The notes beneath the pieces were generated by a model that saw nothing but the letters and a program-made list of their open reading frames with translations, did no database searches and was not told where the DNA came from. 64,000 nt of DNA from an uncultured Bdellovibrionales bacterium (lineage in GTDB: Bacteria; Patescibacteriota; Minisyncoccia; Moranbacterales; UBA1568), in NCBI GenBank assembly GCA_964384235.1, contig CAYLJX010000003.1, positions 8,389 to 72,388 on the forward strand, in the 5' to 3' direction. Shown here piece by piece: positions 26,579 to 36,363 of the stretch (position 1 is the stretch's first letter; every line of letters starts with the position of its first letter). The translations under genes were made by a program, and so were the position numbers.

Positions 26579-27942
26579 TTTTTCTCAAGACTTTCACTGA
26601 GAAGCGCCTGTATGAGTCCTTCGTGCCGGTCCTGCGGTATCCCTGTCTTCTCCTGTAGAAATTTCATCACTGTCTCCTTGATTCGCGGGACAAGATCACT
26701 CAACCATACCTCGTCACGCGCTTTTTTCGACACGCCCTCACCGTAAAGTCCGTGCTTGAAATCCTTTTGGATTCCCTGTACATATTTTATGAGCGTAGTT
26801 TTTTTCCGATCACCATTTGGTTCCTGGGAAAAATATTCTCCCAATGAATTTTCTTGTGAAGGCGTTTCCTTCTTTTTTTGGAGTTGAAATACGTCCAAAT
26901 CCTCCACAAGTGCTTTCAGTCGCTCTGACACCTTCTTCTTATCAAGAGGACTCCCCATCTTCGCAAGGATTTTGCTCTCTTGCGCCTGGTCGTTCATCTG
27001 CTTCAAGAGATCCAACAAACGATTCCGGTCATCCTCCTGCAGACTGGTCATCTCATGAAGCTTTTCCTGGTTCTTCCCGATGAGTGTTTCCGCTCGACCG
27101 ATCATCTCCTCTATTTCCCGATCCAACTGTTTCTCGGAACCTTCCGATTGCAAAGGAGCGTTTCCTGGTCCTTTCTCATTCGGAACACTCTTCTTCCGGA
27201 AATCATCAAGTTGCACCACATCGGCAGATCGCACCTTCACCTTTGTCTCTTCTCGCTGTGAAGTTGAGACACCGAAGGGTGAGGGTATCGTCTCATTATT
27301 CTTTTTCTTTTCCGGTTCTGCCACCGCTTCCGCAGTCTCCTCTGCGGGTGCTACCGGTACGGACTGAGGGGATTCTACCAGTTCTGTCGCTACAGTCTCC
27401 GTTACTGGAGGTTGTATAGGTTCTGCCACGGCTGCAGGCTCTTCCACCGAGGAAGACGTAGGAATCTCAATTGGCTCTACATCCTGTACTGTTTCTTTTT
27501 GAACAGGATTCTTTTTGGAAATCTCTACGAGAACTCGATCTATATCTTCCTGATTCGGAGATCCTATCGCCCCTGACCGACGGCTTTCCAGGTTGAAACC
27601 TTCGTTTCTCAAAAAATCCTTGAGTTCATCGATTCCTTCGAAAATATGATCGCCCGTCCTGTCCTTGCGAGTACTCTCGGTCCGATAACGAACCCGTATA
27701 TCTCCTTCCCGAAGCGATTCGATACGGATCACATGATGAGGATTCTTCCATTTGTCTTTCTGACCAAGACTCTCCAAGTCTTTCTCCCGTTTGGCGACCG
27801 TCTCGGGAGACTCCGGGGACGCCGAACCACCGGCGGATGTTTCCTCGCCAGCCTTCGCTTCCAATTTATGAAAAAAATCGAACACAGCCGTGTGCGTTTC
27901 CGTTTTCTTTGCTATAATCTTATCATAAGAAACAAAAAACAA
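26575..27942 (-). CDS. Hypothetical protein (Pro/Glu-rich linker, coiled coil)
   Basis: 455-aa ORF overlapping the next gene by ATGA; start uncertain. Confidence 0.6.
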   Translation of the reverse strand: MFFVSYDKIIAKKTETHTAVFDFFHKLEAKAGEETSAGGSASPESPETVAKREKDLESLGQKDKWKNPHHVIRIESLREGDIRVRYRTESTRKDRTGDHIFEGIDELKDFLRNEGFNLESRRSGAIGSPNQEDIDRVLVEISKKNPVQKETVQDVEPIEIPTSSSVEEPAAVAEPIQPPVTETVATELVESPQSVPVAPAEETAEAVAEPEKKKNNETIPSPFGVSTSQREETKVKVRSADVVQLDDFRKKSVPNEKGPGNAPLQSEGSEKQLDREIEEMIGRAETLIGKNQEKLHEMTSLQEDDRNRLLDLLKQMNDQAQESKILAKMGSPLDKKKVSERLKALVEDLDVFQLQKKKETPSQENSLGEYFSQEPNGDRKKTTLIKYVQGIQKDFKHGLYGEGVSKKARDEVWLSDLVPRIKETVMKFLQEKTGIPQDRHEGLIQALLSESLEKK

Positions 27943-27982
27943 ACAAATCGTCGCGGGTCAAAATCAGCCCGCGAGCACGAGT

Positions 27983-29599
27983 ATGTTCGAACAAAAAAAG
28001 TATTCCTTGCTTTCCGGACTGCTTCTCGTCGCCATCCTGCTCCTCGCCCTCTTTCTCCGGAGCTACCACATCGAAAGCATCCCTGCCGGACTCTATCCCG
28101 ACGAGGCGACCAATGCCACCGACGCCCTCCATGCCATCGAGACCGGCGACTACCGGCTCTTCTACCCCAACAACTACGGTCGTGAAGGACTCTTCATCAA
28201 TCTCCAGGCCTTTGCGCTCCAGCTTTTCGGATACAGCGTCGCGGCGCTGAAGTTCTGGTCGGTGATTTTCGGCACCCTCACCGTCCTCGGCGTGTATCTT
28301 CTCGGCAAAGAACTCTTCCGCCGCCGGGCCGCCGGTCTCGCTGCCGCCTTCATGACAGCCACCGCCTTCTGGACCATCAACTTTTCACGCATCGGCTTCC
28401 GGGCCATCATGATGCCGTTCCTTATTTCGTTCACGTTCTTCTTTTTCTTCCGCGGACTGCGGACCAGGCGGTACCTCGACTTCGTCTGGAGCGGACTCTT
28501 CCTCGGTCTCGGACTCCATACCTATGTCGCGTTCCGGCTCACGCCGCTCATCTTCGTCGTTCTTCTGCCGGCCCTGTTTCTCTCGTATGAGAAGTTCCTC
28601 AAGCGCTATTGGAAACACGCTCTCGCCTTTTCTTTCGCTGCTTTCGTCGCGGCCGCACCGATGTTCTACCATTTCTTCGTCACCAACCCGGAGGACTTCG
28701 CTTCCCGTTCCGCCGCCGTTTCCATCTTTTCCCCCGAAATCAATCACGGCGACTTCTTCGGGACGCTCGGCAAGACCTTCAGTCTCTCGCTCATCAAGTA
28801 CAACTTTCTCGGTGACCAGAACTGGCGTCACAACTATCCGCCCTATCCGATCCTCGACCCGCTGGTCGGCACGTTCTTCCTCGCCGGTTTCCTCTTCGTC
28901 ATCTGGCAGATCGTCCATCAGGTTATCATCCGTTTCCGCGATCGCAACCGCGAGATCGACCTAGTACGGAACACGTTCCTTCTCGGTTCGTTCTTCGTGA
29001 TGCTCATGCCGGAATTCCTCACCGAGGAAGGATTGCCCCATGCCCTGCGCGCCATCGGCACCCAGGTACCCGTCTTTCTCATCGCCTCATTGCCAATCCT
29101 CTGGATTCTCCGACAGATCCATCGCTCACAGGCCGGATCCCGCCTGATACTCACTTCCCTCCTGGTCCTCTTCCTCGCGGGGAGCGCTCTCATCAATATC
29201 ACCAAGTACTTCGTGTTCTTCGCACAGAGTCCCGAACAGCACGGCGCCTTCGATGAGCGCTACACCAACATGTCCCGCTACCTCCTCTCCCTGCCCGCCG
29301 AGACCCGCAAGTATGTCCTGACCAACGCCGGCGGCACCCATATCGACAACGGCCTCCCCGTCACCGCCCAGCCGATCGCCTTCCTCACCTATGGGAAGAT
29401 CGAGAATCTCGACTACCTGCAGCCGGATACCCGCATCGACCGCAGCTATGAGAATATCATCGTCTTCCAACGAGACGACGACCGGGTCGTCGAGAACCTC
29501 AAAAAGCGCGTTCCCGATGTGAAGATCGAAAAGATCGATCCGCGTCCGGAATTCGGCGGAGGTTTCACCGTCGCCATCCTCCCGGCCTTGCAGAAATGA
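27983..29599 (+). CDS. ArnT/PMT-like GT-C membrane glycosyltransferase
   Basis: GLYPDE motif in first loop; many TM helices. Confidence 0.85.
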   Translation: MFEQKKYSLLSGLLLVAILLLALFLRSYHIESIPAGLYPDEATNATDALHAIETGDYRLFYPNNYGREGLFINLQAFALQLFGYSVAALKFWSVIFGTLTVLGVYLLGKELFRRRAAGLAAAFMTATAFWTINFSRIGFRAIMMPFLISFTFFFFFRGLRTRRYLDFVWSGLFLGLGLHTYVAFRLTPLIFVVLLPALFLSYEKFLKRYWKHALAFSFAAFVAAAPMFYHFFVTNPEDFASRSAAVSIFSPEINHGDFFGTLGKTFSLSLIKYNFLGDQNWRHNYPPYPILDPLVGTFFLAGFLFVIWQIVHQVIIRFRDRNREIDLVRNTFLLGSFFVMLMPEFLTEEGLPHALRAIGTQVPVFLIASLPILWILRQIHRSQAGSRLILTSLLVLFLAGSALINITKYFVFFAQSPEQHGAFDERYTNMSRYLLSLPAETRKYVLTNAGGTHIDNGLPVTAQPIAFLTYGKIENLDYLQPDTRIDRSYENIIVFQRDDDRVVENLKKRVPDVKIEKIDPRPEFGGGFTVAILPALQK

Positions 29600-29642
29600 T
29601 TTTCAAAAAATACCCTCCAAATGGTAACAACATAAAACGTTT

Positions 29643-31577
29643 ATGGAACTTCTCAAAAAACACGCTGGTCGGATCGTCCTCCTCATCCTCGTCCTCTTCT
29701 TTGCCGTCTCACTCGTCGTCTCCCGACAGGAATCCACCACCATGGACGAGAAGGCCCATATCCCCGCCGGGTACAGCTACGTCCGCTATGGTGACATGCG
29801 TATCAATCCCGAACATCCGCCCATGCTCAAGGATTTCGCCGGGCTGCCGCTTCTCCTCCTCGATCCGCAGCCGGTGATGCCGCAAAGCGACCCCCTCTGG
29901 GAGAGCGGTGACTGGTTGGACAAGACGAAGTTCCCCGAGGGACCGGCCCGTACCTGGGGACTCGCCCAATGGAACTTCGGTGACACAATCCTTCATCAAA
30001 ATGGGAACGACGCCGACGCGATCACCTTCTGGTCACGCTTCCCGATCGTACTGGTCGCCATGCTTCTCGGTTTCTTCGTCTATCGCTGGACCAAGGAACT
30101 CGGTGGGACGCTCGCGGGACTCTTCGCCCTCGTCCTCTATGCCTTCGATCCCAACATCATCGCCCACAGTCACTACGTGACGACCGACATCGGCATCGCC
30201 GCCTTCATCTTCATGTCGATGTACTACTTCGTCCGCTTCCTCAAGGACCCGAGCGGAAAGAACGTCATCCTCTCCGGTCTCTTCCTCGGTCTCGCGGAAC
30301 TCGCCAAGTTCTCCGCCGTCCTTCTCTTTCCCATCTTCGGACTGTTCACGGTCGCCTACGCCCTCACCTTCCAGGTGAACGGGACCTCCGTATGGAAAGC
30401 CAAGTTCCTGAAGCTCTGGGAATACCTCTGGAAATATGCCGCCTCCGTGGCGGTCGCCTTTGTCGCCATCTGGATCCTCTACTTCGTGAACACCATCAAT
30501 ATGCCGGGCGAGGTCATCGCGGAGATCGCCCGCGCCCAGTTCCCCAATGACCGTAGCCTAGGACGACTGGCGGAAACAGCCGTCATCGCGATGAGCAACG
30601 TCCCCGTCCTCAAGCCGCTTGCCGAATACTTCCTCGGCGTCTTCATGGTCTTCGCACGCGTCGCCGGCGGCAACACCTTCTACTTCCTCGGCACCGTCTC
30701 CAACCACGCCGATCCCTGGTACTTCCCGGTCGTCTTCTTCCTCAAGGAAACCCTGCCGTTCCTCTTCCTGCTTCTTTTCACCACTCTCTACACCCTCTAT
30801 CGCATCGGCCGCTCCGTCGCGATGGAAGAGACGAAAAACATCCGATCGCTCTGGAACCTCTTCGCCCGATCCTTCCAGCACCGCATCGCGCAGTACCTGG
30901 CCGCGTTCTTCATCCTCTTCTATGCGTACGTGAGCATCACCGGCAACCTCAACATCGGCTTCCGTCATCTCTTCCCCATCCTGCCGTTCCTCTACATGCT
31001 CGTGGGGAAGACTGCCTTCGACTTCCTCAAGCGCCACCAGGAGGAGATCGCGACGCACGGGCTCATCCGCTTCGCGCTCGGTGCCGTCGTCCTCGTCATC
31101 ATCGCCATCCCGGTCCTCTCCTACCCGAGCTACCTCTCCTATTTCAACCCCATCGGCGGCGGCCACGAGAACGGATACAAATATGTCACCGACTCCAACT
31201 ACGACTGGGGTCAGGACCTCAAGCGCTTGCGGAATTTCGTGGATCAGTACAATGGTTGTCAGGATAGTACGACCACATCCATCGACTGTACGAAGATCCC
31301 ATTCGTACCAGGAAGCAGCGAGATCGACAAGATCCATGTCGACTATTTCGGCGGATCGAATCCGCAGTACTATCTCGGCGACAAGTATGTCCCGACACAC
31401 GGCGAAGCCGCCCCGGGAACCGGCTGGTACGCCGTCTCCATCGGCTTCCTCCAGGAGAGCACCCACAAGGAACTCAAACCCGGCGACATGAGCTACCGCT
31501 GGCTCGTCGACAATCATGAGCCCGTCGCCCGCGCCGGCGATTCCATCTTCATCTACTACGTCCCGGAAGAAGAGTAG
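29643..31577 (+). CDS. ArnT/PMT-like GT-C membrane glycosyltransferase
   Basis: TTMDEKAHIPAG, NPEHPP, HSHYVTTD, DSNYDWGQDLKRL. Confidence 0.87.
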   Translation: MELLKKHAGRIVLLILVLFFAVSLVVSRQESTTMDEKAHIPAGYSYVRYGDMRINPEHPPMLKDFAGLPLLLLDPQPVMPQSDPLWESGDWLDKTKFPEGPARTWGLAQWNFGDTILHQNGNDADAITFWSRFPIVLVAMLLGFFVYRWTKELGGTLAGLFALVLYAFDPNIIAHSHYVTTDIGIAAFIFMSMYYFVRFLKDPSGKNVILSGLFLGLAELAKFSAVLLFPIFGLFTVAYALTFQVNGTSVWKAKFLKLWEYLWKYAASVAVAFVAIWILYFVNTINMPGEVIAEIARAQFPNDRSLGRLAETAVIAMSNVPVLKPLAEYFLGVFMVFARVAGGNTFYFLGTVSNHADPWYFPVVFFLKETLPFLFLLLFTTLYTLYRIGRSVAMEETKNIRSLWNLFARSFQHRIAQYLAAFFILFYAYVSITGNLNIGFRHLFPILPFLYMLVGKTAFDFLKRHQEEIATHGLIRFALGAVVLVIIAIPVLSYPSYLSYFNPIGGGHENGYKYVTDSNYDWGQDLKRLRNFVDQYNGCQDSTTTSIDCTKIPFVPGSSEIDKIHVDYFGGSNPQYYLGDKYVPTHGEAAPGTGWYAVSIGFLQESTHKELKPGDMSYRWLVDNHEPVARAGDSIFIYYVPEEE

Positions 31578-31599
31578 CTTTCTTTCACTCTCTCCAGTC

Positions 31600-31752
31600 A
31601 AAGTCTCCCTTTTCGGAGTCGCTCGCCCGTCCGGCGCGCAACCTCACTCCTGAAGCTCCTTCGCTCTCCTCCTTGCCAGTCGGAACCATGCCCCCGCCTA
31701 GCCGGCGAGGCTGGCGCTTTCGGATCTTCAAGACTCCGAAAAGGAATCTTTG
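31600..31752. other. Structured intergenic element
   Basis: caaag...ccttttcggagtc pairs with gactccgaaaagg...ctttg, enclosing GC-rich stems. Confidence 0.5.
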
Positions 31753-32004
31753 CCTTCCGTTCGAATAAAAGACTCGGAGCTTCCCTGTTTCTTCTCTTAT
31801 CCCTTCCTTCCCGAACAGCAACTCTTTTCGAGACTTTTACAAATTTTTTGCTTCAGTTTTTTTTCCTACCCTAAAGAAAAAATTTGTACTAAGCGAACGA
31901 AACGACTACGGAGAAACATACATTACCACAGATGATGTTGGAGTGAGTGAGCGGGTCGAGAAAGGAGGTTGCTGGAGGAAAGGAAGAAGGAGAGGGAAAG
32001 AAAA

Positions 32005-32973
32005 TCATTTCTTTTTCTTCTTCTCTTCCTTCTTCAAAGATTCCTCTTTCTTTTCGTCCGAGTTTTCCTCCTTCTTCTCCTCTCCCTTCATCACGTAGTA
32101 GATCCGGTTTTCGGCACGGAGGTCAACATACGAGAGAGACTTCCGCTTCTCATCTGACGATATTTCCTTATCTAAAAGAAGCTTGAGCGCTTTAAGCGAG
32201 CTCTCCATCGGGATACTCGTGGAAAAATATACTTCCCACCCTTCCGCCGTCCTGACCCGGAGTTCCTCCGCGAACCGCGATGGGGTGGAAAACTCCGTCA
32301 TGATTTCCATACCGATCGATTCCTTGAACACCTCCGGAAGGGCAAGCACGAAGGATACGAAATGTGAATCGATCACATCCTGGCCGAAACCGACCGGTTT
32401 TGCACTCATGTCGGTCACCGTCCGCACCGCGATCGCCTCACCGTCCATGAGCATCCGCGAGCTGTCCGAAGCGCGACCGTTCTCATCGAGGAGATAGCAC
32501 GGGCCGCTGCTGCACCACAAGAGCACCTCGTTTCGCCTCACCACCTCCACCGTCATCCTGTCAGGAAAGACTTTCTCGACATCCGCTTCCCGAAGAAGAG
32601 GATACTCATCATGAAGCGATGCCTCCAAAGCGTCGGTCCGTATGACAAAAAAGTTGTTGCGAGGAAGCAGACCGAAATACTTCCCGGAAATTCTCCCTTC
32701 AAGAAAACCGCTCACTTTGTCCCGAATCGGCGCCTCACTTCCGATCACGGAAACCTGCACCACGGAAAGGTACGGGGAAAAAAACGCGACGTAGACGACC
32801 GTCATGAAGAGAAGTCCCCAGAGGAACACCACGCCGCTCACACCGGGTTTCTCTTTCTCCTTTTCCTGGACGACTGCCAACCGCTCCTTCCGGGACGATT
32901 TACGAAAAGAAAACAATCCTTTTGAGGATTTTTTTTCCTTTTCCCTATGGGATTTGTGATGGAGAAATCGCAT
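32005..32973 (-). CDS. ftsQ: Cell division protein FtsQ/DivIB-like (POTRA)
   Basis: TM, FFSPYLSV, VEKVFPDRMTVEV, YVDLR..NRIYY. Confidence 0.75.
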   Translation of the reverse strand: MRFLHHKSHREKEKKSSKGLFSFRKSSRKERLAVVQEKEKEKPGVSGVVFLWGLLFMTVVYVAFFSPYLSVVQVSVIGSEAPIRDKVSGFLEGRISGKYFGLLPRNNFFVIRTDALEASLHDEYPLLREADVEKVFPDRMTVEVVRRNEVLLWCSSGPCYLLDENGRASDSSRMLMDGEAIAVRTVTDMSAKPVGFGQDVIDSHFVSFVLALPEVFKESIGMEIMTEFSTPSRFAEELRVRTAEGWEVYFSTSIPMESSLKALKLLLDKEISSDEKRKSLSYVDLRAENRIYYVMKGEEKKEENSDEKKEESLKKEEKKKKK

Positions 32974-32976
32974 ACA

Positions 32977-33879
32977 TCAGAGCGAAAGAAACAATCTCTC
33001 CAGAAGGAGCCGCGAATTGCTCTGCGTCGTCTTGAGAAGCGTCATAGCGTCCGCCGTCATTTCCAGAAAACCGAAAAAACGTTCCGTGGTCTTTTTCTCT
33101 TTCGCTTTCTTGGCCTGGGCATGAAGACCAGGAAGCCACCACTCGAGGAGACGGATCGTCTGCGGTACATTCTGCGAAAGCGTTTCCGCGAGTCTCAGAC
33201 GTTCAGGAAGAGAGAGCGAGGAAATCCGAAAGAGCGAAGCGAGTTTTTCCCGTTCATCGGAAAACAAGACCGGTTCACGGAGAGCCTGGACAATCATGCC
33301 AGGCCGGCCGAGGGAATAGAAGAACGCCGCGACTTCTTCCTGTCGACCCGGAAACAGAGCTTCCATACCGGCAGCCAGTTCTCCCTCGGGAACAAAAGAA
33401 AGCCGCACCTGCTGGACACGAGAAAGAATCGTCGGCACGAGACTTGCTGCCTCATGCGTCACGAGGACGAGTATCGCCGTGGAAGACGGTTCCTCCAGGG
33501 TCTTGAGAAGGGCGTTTTGCGCCGAGAGGGACAGCTTGTGCGCCTCTTCGATGATGACCACTCGGTACCGGCCCTTCGAGGGAAACCGTCCGAGAAAAGA
33601 GATAGCCTCGCGCACGTCCTCAGTCTTGATACTCTTTTCTTTGGTCACACCCTTCTTGGTCTCGACCTGCGGCCGCAGGACCATAACCTCCATCGGTTCC
33701 GGTCGTTCCTCAGTCGGAATAAACTCCGGCTCACCGACAAGCATGGAAGCGAACTCGCACGCCACGAGACTCTTCCCCGTGCCGCGCGGCCCGGAAAACA
33801 GATACGCCTGCGGTATCTGTTCCGCTTCCGCCAGTCTTCGCAGAAAGTCACGTTGTTTCCGATGACCGATGATGTACAT
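32977..33879 (-). CDS. holB: DNA polymerase III delta' subunit
   Basis: AYLFSGPRGTGKS, AQNALLKTLEEP, PTILSR. Confidence 0.88.
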   Translation of the reverse strand: MYIIGHRKQRDFLRRLAEAEQIPQAYLFSGPRGTGKSLVACEFASMLVGEPEFIPTEERPEPMEVMVLRPQVETKKGVTKEKSIKTEDVREAISFLGRFPSKGRYRVVIIEEAHKLSLSAQNALLKTLEEPSSTAILVLVTHEAASLVPTILSRVQQVRLSFVPEGELAAGMEALFPGRQEEVAAFFYSLGRPGMIVQALREPVLFSDEREKLASLFRISSLSLPERLRLAETLSQNVPQTIRLLEWWLPGLHAQAKKAKEKKTTERFFGFLEMTADAMTLLKTTQSNSRLLLERLFLSL

Positions 33880-33933
33880 AGGGAAATCAGGAATAAGGAA
33901 TGATGAATGATGAGGCGAGCAAGAGTGCAAAAA

Positions 33934-35088
33934 TCATAATTCCTTATTCGTCATTCCATATTCATCGACAAGTTTCCGTATTTCTTCTTGGAAATGCCGT
34001 TTTGAAAAACGTTCTACAGAAGAACGCATACGCGTTTCGTCGTATTTCCCCTCTTTCTCCAGAAACCGACGCACGCCTTCGGCGATGATTTCCGGCGTCG
34101 CCGCGTGAAAGAGCTCGCCGGTGATACCCGGTTCCACGATTTCGCGGATGCCACCATACTCGTACCCGATGACCGGTGTCCCGAAGGAGAGCGCCTCCAC
34201 CGCCACCATGCCGAAATCCTCCTCGGACGGGAAGATGACAGCCCGCGTTTCACGGTAGTATTTCGCAAGTGCTTCATCCGACGCGAACCCGAAAAAGGAA
34301 ACGTTGTCTGCCGCGATACTCTTCAGTCGCTTCTCTTCCTTTCCCGTTCCCACGATGACGAGCGGGAACCCCAGCTTGTTGAACGCTTCGATCACCGCTT
34401 CGACCTTCTTGGCTCTGGTAAGACGCGACACGACCAGAAAGTGACGGCGTTTCACGTCGTCACCCTGAACTTGTTTCAGGGTCTTTGTGGCCTGCTCGGA
34501 CAACCCAAGCGCTGGCGGGTACACCACCACGCTTTCCCTCCGATAGTACTTGCGCACGCGCTCTTCGGTGAATTTGGAATTGGCAATGAGGAAGTCCGGG
34601 CGCTCCGCCGCTTCTCGGTCCCAGAGTCGCAGATACGAGAGAAGGAGCCGCGTGAAAATCCTTCGCTTCCCTCGCGGCTGCAAGTCGTCGAGATACTCGG
34701 CGTGCGTATCCCAGGCGTAGCGCATGGGCGAATGGAGATACGCGATATGGGTCGTGTTGAGCCGCGTCACGATCCCCTTGCTCCAGGCGCCAGAAGACGA
34801 GATGACGAGATCGAAGTCGCGCAGATCGAACGTCTCCACCGCCACCGGAAAGAACGGCAAAAGCCACCGATACCGCTTCCGGAGGAATTTCGGAAACTTC
34901 TGAAGAAACGATGGACGGATATCCCGATTTTTGAAGTGTCCTTCGACAAGCTCAGGGTTGGCAAGCAACGTATAGATCGGCGCCTCGGGAAACATCTCCG
35001 CAAACGCCTCAAGCACCCGCTCCGCTCCACCATATGAAACGAGAAAATCATGAACAAGGGCGATTTTTTTGTTGTTCGGCTGGTTCAT
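33934..35088 (-). CDS. Glycosyltransferase family 4 (GT-B)
   Basis: IALVHDFL..YGGAERV, EDFGMVAVEALSFGTPVI. Confidence 0.92.
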   Translation of the reverse strand: MNQPNNKKIALVHDFLVSYGGAERVLEAFAEMFPEAPIYTLLANPELVEGHFKNRDIRPSFLQKFPKFLRKRYRWLLPFFPVAVETFDLRDFDLVISSSGAWSKGIVTRLNTTHIAYLHSPMRYAWDTHAEYLDDLQPRGKRRIFTRLLLSYLRLWDREAAERPDFLIANSKFTEERVRKYYRRESVVVYPPALGLSEQATKTLKQVQGDDVKRRHFLVVSRLTRAKKVEAVIEAFNKLGFPLVIVGTGKEEKRLKSIAADNVSFFGFASDEALAKYYRETRAVIFPSEEDFGMVAVEALSFGTPVIGYEYGGIREIVEPGITGELFHAATPEIIAEGVRRFLEKEGKYDETRMRSSVERFSKRHFQEEIRKLVDEYGMTNKEL

Positions 35089-36188
35089 TTTTCTTTTCTT
35101 AACAACCCAATAATGCCTCGAGAACATCTTTCCCAGGAAAATTTTTCGACATTCTTCTTTCCTTTTTCTATTATACCACCCCGAAAAACTTCATCTGAAA
35201 GGACTTTTTGTACCGCGTCGGCTATCGCTTCGGCACTCGAAGGATCGCAATACGCCGCCCCCTCGCCTGCCACTTCCGGAAGCGATGAAGTATCTGACGT
35301 CACCACCGGCACCCCTACCGCCTGCGCCTCCAGGACCGGGATCCCGAATCCTTCATACAGCGTCGGAAACAGAAATACGTCGGCATTTTTCAACAACTCC
35401 CATTTCTCTTCCTCGATCACATATCCTCGTTCAACGATGTCGTCCGCGACTTTTGCCTTTTGCCTTTTGCCTTTTGCCTTTTCATACCCATACCCCGGTT
35501 TTCCCACAAGCACGAGCTTATGCGGTATCTTGTATTTCTCTTTCAAAATCCCAAACGCCTCGATTATTCGTACGACGTTCTTTCTTTCTTCCAATCTCCC
35601 AATGAATAAAAGGTATTCTGTATTATGTATCTTGTATTTTGTATCCGATACTTGATACTTAATACCTGATACTTGATACCGATTCTCATATCCTTCATAC
35701 ACCACCTTCACCCTCTCCTCCGGCACGCCATACAATTTCACCACGTCGCGCTTGGTATTCTCCGACACGGCGATAACCGTTTCCGACACGCGCACCGAAA
35801 AGCGGATGGAATAGCGCATATAGATCCGCTCCCACCAAGAGTACGCCTTCGGACAGAATTCGTATTCGAGCCCGTGCACCGTCACGATGGTCTTCTTAGG
35901 GTGAATGAGCGGCACCGTGTGCGCCGGCACGAAAAGCACGTCCGGCGGATGAAAAAACATCTCCAGGGACAGCCGGATCTGTGTCCAGAACCTCGGCGCC
36001 CAGAGCTTCTTCACCCGCCAGTGCTTCGGAAGGTCAAAAGAAACCTCTTGATCGGAACGGATATACAAAACTACCCGATCATTGTTCGGTATGGCATCAC
36101 GCAGGTGCCTGATCACCTGGTAGCTGTATTCTTCTATTCCCGTCCGTCTCTTCAGAAACGCCCTCGATGCGTCGATACCGATTATCAT
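35085..36188 (-). CDS. Glycosyltransferase family 4 (mannosyltransferase-like)
   Basis: IGIDAS...TGIEEY, GRLEERKN, YEGFGIPVLEA. Confidence 0.92.
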   Translation of the reverse strand: MIIGIDASRAFLKRRTGIEEYSYQVIRHLRDAIPNNDRVVLYIRSDQEVSFDLPKHWRVKKLWAPRFWTQIRLSLEMFFHPPDVLFVPAHTVPLIHPKKTIVTVHGLEYEFCPKAYSWWERIYMRYSIRFSVRVSETVIAVSENTKRDVVKLYGVPEERVKVVYEGYENRYQVSGIKYQVSDTKYKIHNTEYLLFIGRLEERKNVVRIIEAFGILKEKYKIPHKLVLVGKPGYGYEKAKGKRQKAKVADDIVERGYVIEEEKWELLKNADVFLFPTLYEGFGIPVLEAQAVGVPVVTSDTSSLPEVAGEGAAYCDPSSAEAIADAVQKVLSDEVFRGGIIEKGKKNVEKFSWERCSRGIIGLLRKEK

Positions 36189-36207
36189 AGTCAAGTTCAA
36201 GAATGAC

Positions 36208-36358
36208 AGGAAAACCGAAACAAACAGGTTCGAGCTACTTTGAAGATCGGATTTGCATGGTTCGGAAATGCGACATTTCCGAAAATCCGAGCTTCACGGA
36301 GGAAAACCTCTCGCAGGGAAGTTTTCCGATAGCGAGAAGCTTGTTTGCGAGGTTTTCT
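36208..36358. other. Multi-stem palindromic intergenic element
   Basis: gaaaacc/ggttttc and caaaca/tgtttg outer stems; ttcggaaatg/catttccgaa and ggaaaac/gttttcc inner hairpins. Confidence 0.6.
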
Positions 36359-36363
36359 AAAAA

